Shown: positions 46,325 through 52,511 of the stretch, one piece after another
How positions within the stretch are numbered: the first letter of the stretch is position 1
How the letters are laid out: the number at the start of each line of letters is the position of its first letter
Virus record (IMG/VR): IMGVR_UViG_2061766007_000712
DNA length: 52,511 bases
Source: an uncultured virus (IMG/VR IMGVR_UViG_2061766007_000712)
Lineage: Duplodnaviria > Heunggongvirae > Uroviricota > Caudoviricetes
Direction: 5' to 3' (one strand)
The notes under the pieces: model-generated
Told to the model about the DNA's origin: nothing
The model's database searches: none
What the model saw: the letters and a program-made list of their open reading frames with translations, nothing else
Position numbers and translations under genes: made by a program

Positions 46325-48178
46325 CTATCTATTAAATGCAAAATCACTATCGCCTTTAACAATTTGTAATTGTCTGCTTATAGTTCTTCCATTCATTTGA
46401 TTTATTACTGTTACTGGTATAGTTACATTTCTGCCTATTGCTTCTCCTAATGAACTCATAACTTGCGCATCAGTTAATGGCAAGTATGCTTCTTGTCCTG
46501 CCTCAGCCCATTGAGCGCCTCCGCCAACTGTTGGTATGCCACGTCCTGGATAACTTGCTATTGCTCCTTTTGCTAATTTTGGTATTTCAGGTATAGGTAG
46601 TGGGTCTTGTTTCCATAGTCCCTTAAAAGGGTACACACCCAAAACTCCTGCATTTCTAATTGTATTAAGTAATCCGTTTATTCCCTTAAAAGGTAATGAT
46701 ATAACCCAATTTATACCATCTATCAAAGCATTTACTATTGTTTTAAATACATTTAAAATTCCTTCACCAATTCCTTTAAATATTTCTCCACCTTTTGAAA
46801 ATGAGCCAACTATGAAATCCCAAGTCTTGACAAAAGTGTCTTTTATTCCATCCCATAAATCTGTAAAAAAGTCTGCTACTGGTTTTATAACATTGTCATA
46901 TATCCATCCAGCAAACGCACTAAATATTCCTTTTATAAATTCCCAAGCAATAGATAAACCTGTTGTTATTACTTCCCATAACCACACAAAAAAGTCAGCA
47001 ACTTTTTTTATTATGTTTTCATATATCCACTTCGCTACACCTTTTAGCGTGTCAACAATTTTGTTCCAATTTTTAACTATTACTAACACTAACGCACCGA
47101 CAAGGCCTATAATTAAAGTTATTAATGCTGGTACCCCACCAAATATTACTAAAACTCCTCCTGCTACCAAACCTATTCCCATTAGTACTGTGAGAAAATT
47201 ATTCCAAGTTGGGTCTTTTAAATAATTTATTACTCCACGAATTGTTGTAATTACACCTTCTACTATTAAAACTGTTCCTATTATTGTTTTTTTGTGTTTT
47301 ACAATAAACTTACCTATTGGTGTTAGTTTGGTTCCTAAATCTGTAATATCTTTTATTAAACCTCCTAATTTTATAAGTCCTATTGCAGTCGCAATTCCCA
47401 CTAATGTTCCAATTATAATTTCTCTATTATCTGCTATCCATTGTATCCATCCAGGTACTTCCATACTTTCTATATTAGATAAATCAAAACTTGGAGCAAC
47501 AGCAGTATCTCCACCACCACTTGTTGATGTGTCTTGTAAGACGTTCATTTCATCAAAACCAGATAATTGATTTTTTAATTCTTTTGCCTGTTTATTAGCA
47601 CCTTTTAAGTTCTTATTGGCATTTTCAAATATATTTTTACCTGTCCACGCTTTAATTATATAACCTATATACATTAAAAGCGTTTTTACAAAATCTACAA
47701 TTCTTCTGACTATTGGTTCTACTACACTTACTAATGCTGCCTTTATATAATCTATATCTGCTTTTAATTGCGGGTCGCTTTCTGATAAAGTGTTTATAGC
47801 GTTTCTTACAAACATATAGGCACTTCTAACGCCAAATATTGCTAATGCCCATTTTGCTACCTTTTTAGTTACTTTATCTAGTCCTTTACCTGCATTTTGT
47901 AGTCCTTGTTCAAATTGTGTTGGTGCGTTATCTAAATCTTTTTGTCTTTTCCTTAAATCTATAAGCTTATTAGAAAGTTTTTCTGCTTCCACTTCCAATT
48001 TTGCAATATCTGTTGTAGTTAAGTTATACGCTTTCGGGTCGCTCAGCATCTTATCTATTTCTTCTAATCTTCCCTCCATTGCATCAATTTGCTTATCGAA
48101 CCCTTTATTATCAATTTTAGTTTCAATTACAATTTCGCCATCTGCAAACTTCTGTATATTTAATTTCATTTTTTTCAT
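46325..48178 (-). CDS. Tape measure protein (617 aa)
   Basis: LSGFDEMNVL; Trp/Phe-spaced repeats; IPKLAKGA...EAGQEAYLPL. Confidence 0.9.
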   Translation of the reverse strand: MKKMKLNIQKFADGEIVIETKIDNKGFDKQIDAMEGRLEEIDKMLSDPKAYNLTTTDIAKLEVEAEKLSNKLIDLRKRQKDLDNAPTQFEQGLQNAGKGLDKVTKKVAKWALAIFGVRSAYMFVRNAINTLSESDPQLKADIDYIKAALVSVVEPIVRRIVDFVKTLLMYIGYIIKAWTGKNIFENANKNLKGANKQAKELKNQLSGFDEMNVLQDTSTSGGGDTAVAPSFDLSNIESMEVPGWIQWIADNREIIIGTLVGIATAIGLIKLGGLIKDITDLGTKLTPIGKFIVKHKKTIIGTVLIVEGVITTIRGVINYLKDPTWNNFLTVLMGIGLVAGGVLVIFGGVPALITLIIGLVGALVLVIVKNWNKIVDTLKGVAKWIYENIIKKVADFFVWLWEVITTGLSIAWEFIKGIFSAFAGWIYDNVIKPVADFFTDLWDGIKDTFVKTWDFIVGSFSKGGEIFKGIGEGILNVFKTIVNALIDGINWVISLPFKGINGLLNTIRNAGVLGVYPFKGLWKQDPLPIPEIPKLAKGAIASYPGRGIPTVGGGAQWAEAGQEAYLPLTDAQVMSSLGEAIGRNVTIPVTVINQMNGRTISRQLQIVKGDSDFAFNR

Positions 48179-48193
48179 ATAGTCATCTCCCCT

Positions 48194-48775
48194 CTATAAA
48201 CCTATTATTTCATTTAATCTTTGCATACTTTCTTCTTGCTCTTTGGTTAAATGATTTTCTTTTTTATATTTTTTTAATGCAACCAATTCTTTGGCATCTG
48301 TCATTTTTTGGCGTTCTTTACTGTCCTTTATTTTACTTACATCAAAATTTCTTAAATTTCGTATTCTGTTTAATACACAGCAATTACCTAATTCACTATT
48401 TGATAAACCGTTGATTAATTTATTAAATTTTTGCCAATCCATCTCGGTATTTTCTAGGTCTATACTATAATCGCTCATAAAACTTGCTTCTATATATTCC
48501 ATATCTTCTATATAGTCCATATCTGGCTGTTCCTTTTTCTCGGTAACTCCTTTGCCACAAGATATGTAGTTTAAAGCCCATTTAAGCAACTTTCCGTAGT
48601 GATTAGGTTTATCTAACGCGTCAGCACCGTAAAGTGTGCAAATAATGCCTAAAACACGTTCAAAATCACCTATTTTGTCATCATCAGCAATTCTGTTGCA
48701 TTCTATTATGTTCCTAAAATCTACGTTGGCAGTATAAATTGTGTCATCTATTTGTATTTTTTTTATACAACTCAT
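48194..48775 (-). CDS. Gp15-family tail assembly protein
   Basis: NVDFR...DMDYIEDMEYIEASFMSDYSIDL...W.KF. Confidence 0.8.
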   Translation of the reverse strand: MSCIKKIQIDDTIYTANVDFRNIIECNRIADDDKIGDFERVLGIICTLYGADALDKPNHYGKLLKWALNYISCGKGVTEKKEQPDMDYIEDMEYIEASFMSDYSIDLENTEMDWQKFNKLINGLSNSELGNCCVLNRIRNLRNFDVSKIKDSKERQKMTDAKELVALKKYKKENHLTKEQEESMQRLNEIIGL

Positions 48776-49272
48776 TCTACCACTTCAATTTTTTCTTTGT
48801 TTCTTTCAATTGCTTGACTATATTTTGCTTTTACTTTGTTTGTAATTCTTTCCATACTTATATCTAGTTTTGGGGCTATTTGTTTTTCAATTATATCATC
48901 TATTTCGTCTAATGTGTTCCAAGTAAACCTTCTTCCATTCAAAAGTTTTTCTACACCACGTGCCCCCAAAAACATATTATATACTTCAACTTCTTTTATA
49001 AAAAATTCGTTTAACACTTTTATTTTATCTTCCTGATTTTTAGTTAAAAGTTTTTTGCCTTTAACATCTTCTCTTTTATCAATAATTAACATTTGATTTC
49101 TTAAATTTTCCCTATTTCTTTTATCTTTTTCTAATAATTCTTGGTATCTTAAAGGTAACTCTATATCTTCTAAATCAAATTCAAGATATTCTCCTGTTTC
49201 CTTTCCTTCATCTGTTCTAATATTTAAGCGTAGAACGTCGCTTTTATTTAACTGTATAAAATTATCTGTCAT
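48772..49272 (-). CDS. Tail assembly chaperone
   Basis: LEFDLEDI; homolog of 8892-9341. Confidence 0.7.
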   Translation of the reverse strand: MTDNFIQLNKSDVLRLNIRTDEGKETGEYLEFDLEDIELPLRYQELLEKDKRNRENLRNQMLIIDKREDVKGKKLLTKNQEDKIKVLNEFFIKEVEVYNMFLGARGVEKLLNGRRFTWNTLDEIDDIIEKQIAPKLDISMERITNKVKAKYSQAIERNKEKIEVVE

Positions 49273-49336
49273 TTTATACTCTCCTCTCTTTCTAAATTAA
49301 AAGGGCAGGGTCTATGCCCCACCCTTATAGGTTTTA

Positions 49337-49831
49337 TTATAAACTTGTTGTTGGTGTAAATGTTGGTGTACTACCTATGAAAGTAACTGTACCTTCAATA
49401 GCATCTCCATCATAATAGATGTCATATTCTATTTCTGCATTTTCACCCATATAATTTGTAACTGTAATTATTACATCATTCATTTTTGCTGGATAACTTG
49501 AACCAGTACCATTCCATCTATCTATATCAAGAACTTGTGATTTGTAGTTTAATTGGTCTCTACCAGCATTTATAAATTCAAATACAGGATCACCCTTATA
49601 ACATTTTTGTGTTACACTACCTTGTTTTTGGTTAGATGAGTGGTCAGTTCTAGCATTATCTTCTATAATCCATTTTTCAGTATCAACTTGTGGATTGTAA
49701 GATATGCCATATTCAGTAATACCTACACCTAGAATGCTCCAAGTTGGTAATGCACTTGTTCCAGTGTTTAAATAAGTTAAGAATTGACTTCTTTTGATTT
49801 TTTCAATTCCACTTGGTACAAAATCTGCCAT
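49337..49831 (-). CDS. Major tail (tube) protein
   Basis: LGVGITEYGISYNPQ...; ends ...TPTTSL. Confidence 0.8.
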   Translation of the reverse strand: MADFVPSGIEKIKRSQFLTYLNTGTSALPTWSILGVGITEYGISYNPQVDTEKWIIEDNARTDHSSNQKQGSVTQKCYKGDPVFEFINAGRDQLNYKSQVLDIDRWNGTGSSYPAKMNDVIITVTNYMGENAEIEYDIYYDGDAIEGTVTFIGSTPTFTPTTSL

Positions 49832-50025
49832 TATAATTCCTCCTTTTTCTTGTTAGATGTTTCTAGTTCTCTTTTAACTAGCACTAAATCTTTATAACTA
49901 AGAGGTTCTATAAAGCCTAATTCATTTAGTTTTACTATTTGTTCGTATGTTAAGTTTTTTATTTCATCACCTTTTACATATTGTTCATATTTGGTTGTGA
50001 AATCTTTATTTGCTATTATTTTCAT
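49831..50025 (-). CDS. Small protein inserted between the tail terminator and tube genes
   Basis: Coupled at both ends; absent from the homologous module at 9400-10363. Confidence 0.7.
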   Translation of the reverse strand: MKIIANKDFTTKYEQYVKGDEIKNLTYEQIVKLNELGFIEPLSYKDLVLVKRELETSNKKKEEL

Positions 50026-50483
50026 AGACTTGTTGACCCTCCTTCTCCATTATCTCTATATGTTATTTGTATTTGTATATCAAATGTTCCTGTTTTACCA
50101 TCATCATTACTAATCATAGTTCCACAATTTAAACATTCAATACTTTCTATACTTTCTATATCAGGCAAAACGCCTTCGTCATTATTAGATTTGATTATAC
50201 TTTCAAATTCTTCAAAGAACCCTATATTTTTTAAATTGTTAATAGTATCTTGTGAATAAGACTTACGACTTCTAAATGAATAGACATCTTTTTTTACCTG
50301 AACACCTATGATCCAAGGTGGTTCTGCTTCTGGTTGAGTTGGTATTTTATCAAGTGAGTAATCTCCAACTTTATTGCTTAACATATTAGCATTTATTTGA
50401 TAATTACTATTTGTAGTAAGAGTATTTAATATTTCAAATAAATAATTTCTTAACTTTGATATTCTATAATTATTAACTTCCAT
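50022..50483 (-). CDS. Tail terminator/completion protein
   Basis: Homolog of 9905-10363; ends ...GGSTSL. Confidence 0.7.
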   Translation of the reverse strand: MEVNNYRISKLRNYLFEILNTLTTNSNYQINANMLSNKVGDYSLDKIPTQPEAEPPWIIGVQVKKDVYSFRSRKSYSQDTINNLKNIGFFEEFESIIKSNNDEGVLPDIESIESIECLNCGTMISNDDGKTGTFDIQIQITYRDNGEGGSTSL

Positions 50484-50827
50484 TATTTACCTCCAACATA
50501 ATTTTGTACTTCTTTAACAACATCTTGCATTTCTGCACTTACCATTCGCTTATCCCAATAAGAGCCAGTACCTGGTGTGGTGTAGTTTTGCACAGGTCTT
50601 GTTCCGTCACTCCTAATACCATAATACTGATATTTAGCATAAGGCATTTCGTAAGTTATTGTATTTGATTGTATATCAACAATAGTTCTTAAATTGCCTT
50701 CATCTTTAGGAACGTATTTATCCATGTGCTTATAACAAGTGTTAGTAAAGAACTTTTGTACTCGCCCATTAGGATCAATTCCTAATCGTGCTTTTATTTC
50801 ACTTGTAGGCTTTAATTTAACAGGCAT
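50483..50827 (-). CDS. Neck protein ('minor capsid' family)
   Basis: MDKYVPKDEGNLR...PYAKYQYYG. Confidence 0.8.
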   Translation of the reverse strand: MPVKLKPTSEIKARLGIDPNGRVQKFFTNTCYKHMDKYVPKDEGNLRTIVDIQSNTITYEMPYAKYQYYGIRSDGTRPVQNYTTPGTGSYWDKRMVSAEMQDVVKEVQNYVGGK

Positions 50828-50828
50828 A

Positions 50829-51185
50829 TTATTTGCCTCCTAAATGTATGTGTTGATTATTACCAAAATTATTATTATTAATGCTTGTTATGTTATAAAT
50901 AAGATAATTATCTAAATCTTCTTGTGTTTCTATATCAATGTCAAGAGTACCTTGAACAAGTATATCACCAATTGCGAAATCATTTATATCTAAGCCACTA
51001 TTTTGGTCATAAGGTATTCGCACCTGTACGTCATTTGCATTGTCATATCCTTTGTTTATTCCAGCACCTTTGCCACCAAAGAACCACACTTTATCGTAAT
51101 TATGTCTAGTCCATACTTCAAGGTGTGTAGCAATATCTAAATAATCTTCTTTATGATAAACAGTTAAACTCGAATTAGTTATCAT
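50829..51185 (-). CDS. Head-tail adaptor/closure protein
   Basis: Homolog of 10704-11057. Confidence 0.75.
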   Translation of the reverse strand: MITNSSLTVYHKEDYLDIATHLEVWTRHNYDKVWFFGGKGAGINKGYDNANDVQVRIPYDQNSGLDINDFAIGDILVQGTLDIDIETQEDLDNYLIYNITSINNNNFGNNQHIHLGGK

Positions 51186-51587
51186 TTAAACTCCAATATA
51201 CATTAGGTGTTCCCCATTGTATACAACGCCCAATAAATAAGTTTTTATAATATCATCTATATCACTTTGATGCGATTCAACAATATCTTTTATCATATCA
51301 GGTGTTATTTTAGAAACGGAATAACCATCTGTATTTTCACTTTTTATATCATTACTTTCAGCTTTTAATTTATTTTCAGCATATTTCATAATACTATTTA
51401 TCAATTTATTATCACATAATTTTGCTTCTTGTGGTATGTTTTCACCATTTTTTAATCGATTTAAGGTTCTTATATCAATTTGTCGTCTTGCTTCAAATTC
51501 TAATAGATTAAAAGGCATTTCGCCAATTGCAGAACCACCTAATTCTTGATATTCTGCATAAGTTAGGTATTGTCCTTCAAATGTCAT
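51186..51587 (-). CDS. Head-tail connector
   Basis: Homolog of 11057-11464. Confidence 0.8.
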   Translation of the reverse strand: MTFEGQYLTYAEYQELGGSAIGEMPFNLLEFEARRQIDIRTLNRLKNGENIPQEAKLCDNKLINSIMKYAENKLKAESNDIKSENTDGYSVSKITPDMIKDIVESHQSDIDDIIKTYLLGVVYNGEHLMYIGV

Positions 51588-51604
51588 AAAATGCCTCCTT
51601 TATA

Positions 51605-52474
51605 TTATAAACTTGGATTTCCTGTAACTGGGAATTCAGCAACTACAACTTTTGATTCATCAGTTAATGCAACTGTATAGTGTTCATCTGCAGAAATTAA
51701 AGTCTTTTTACCTTTAACTTTTCTTTCAGTTTCTAGGTTAACTCCACGTTTCATGTAGATTGTTACTGCTGATAATTCATCGTCACCTGTTTGTGCTTCT
51801 GCTCTTAATTGAACGATTGGGTTTTGATAGTATGTACCAGCTTCGTTAACAGCTTTTCTTGTTGATACGATTCTTGTATTAGCAATCATACCAATTTCGC
51901 CTTTTAATACAACTTGTTGATTGTATTTATCAGCACTGATGAAGTTAGCATCTTTTCTTAAAGTTGAAACTTGATGTGGGTGAACAAACATTGCTTTTTC
52001 AACATTGTCTTCTTCAATGAATAAATCGATTGAGTCGATTATGTTGTTGTAAGAAATGTCGTTAGTAAATCTTTTCTTAACTTGAGCACCTTTTAATGCA
52101 TCGATTACATCGTTATCAACTTTACTTGCGATTGCGATAGCTAATTGGTTATTGATTTCTCCTACTGGGTTTCCATATCCACTTAGTACTGCTTCATCAG
52201 TAATTGTAACGTCTTTTACAATTTTTTTAACTTTATATTCTGCTGTAGTAGTTGTTAATTGTGCATCGCCTTGTTCAACACCTTCAGCAACTTCTTCTGC
52301 ATCTCCAATGTATTCATACTTTGGAACTGTTATTGTACTGCCTGGTTGACCTTCTAGAGTAGTGTCAATTTTAGCAAATGGTGTAGCTTTGATAGCTTTT
52401 GGTACTTTGGCACTGATCATTGGTGCCATAACTTCTGGATCAATTAGGTTTGCTAATTTTGTAGTATTATCCAT
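51605..52474 (-). CDS. Major capsid protein (N4-gp56-like family), copy 3
   Basis: LIDPEVMAPMI...DTTLEGQPGSTITVPKY.YIGDA...ITDEAVLSGYGNPVGE. Confidence 0.9.
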   Translation of the reverse strand: MDNTTKLANLIDPEVMAPMISAKVPKAIKATPFAKIDTTLEGQPGSTITVPKYEYIGDAEEVAEGVEQGDAQLTTTTAEYKVKKIVKDVTITDEAVLSGYGNPVGEINNQLAIAIASKVDNDVIDALKGAQVKKRFTNDISYNNIIDSIDLFIEEDNVEKAMFVHPHQVSTLRKDANFISADKYNQQVVLKGEIGMIANTRIVSTRKAVNEAGTYYQNPIVQLRAEAQTGDDELSAVTIYMKRGVNLETERKVKGKKTLISADEHYTVALTDESKVVVAEFPVTGNPSL

Positions 52475-52511
52475 TTAAATCATTCCTTCCTTTATTGATT
52501 ATTATATTTAT

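Noticed and set aside
1975..52349. Plus-strand ORFs antisense to phage genes (e.g. 7781-8263, 46812-47225)
   Set aside because: They are shadow ORFs with no RBS and no recognisable motifs; only 38347-39115 is credible on the plus strand.

Overview
This low-GC window is bacteriophage DNA from a Bacillota-type host (AGGAGG ribosome-binding sites, sigmaA promoters, one parS box). It is broken by many N gaps, so it is probably a scaffold of contigs from several related siphoviruses. (A) 1-38336, minus strand, is a nearly complete phage gene set. In order: RHH regulator, nuclease-AAA recombinase, GIY-YIG endonuclease, SSB-like protein, AbrB-like regulator, DUF927 helicase, iteron origin, ERCC4 nuclease, small genes, terminase, portal, minor capsid, a ~7.5 kb accessory block, two scaffold+capsid cassettes separated by a gap, tRNA-Trp, head-tail/tail genes, M15 endolysin, holin and early genes. 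(B) 38347-39115, plus strand, is a capsid fragment from an unrelated phage. (C) 39126-52511, minus strand, holds the capsid, tail, lysis and early genes of a second phage related to A. Three things stand out. First, a 423-aa membrane protein fuses an AgrB-like His/Cys peptidase motif to a C-terminal HTH and hides a 50-codon Cys-containing peptide gene in another frame; it is a candidate one-gene peptide-signalling system upstream of a conserved accessory operon. Second, three capsids, two tail tubes and two tail terminators all end in Ser-Leu-stop, and a double glycosyltransferase plus a methyltransferase sit in the head module, which suggests tagged virion glycosylation. Third, there is capsid-cassette swapping, a parS site and several structured RNA leaders. 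Family assignments come from motifs recognised by eye; no searches were run.
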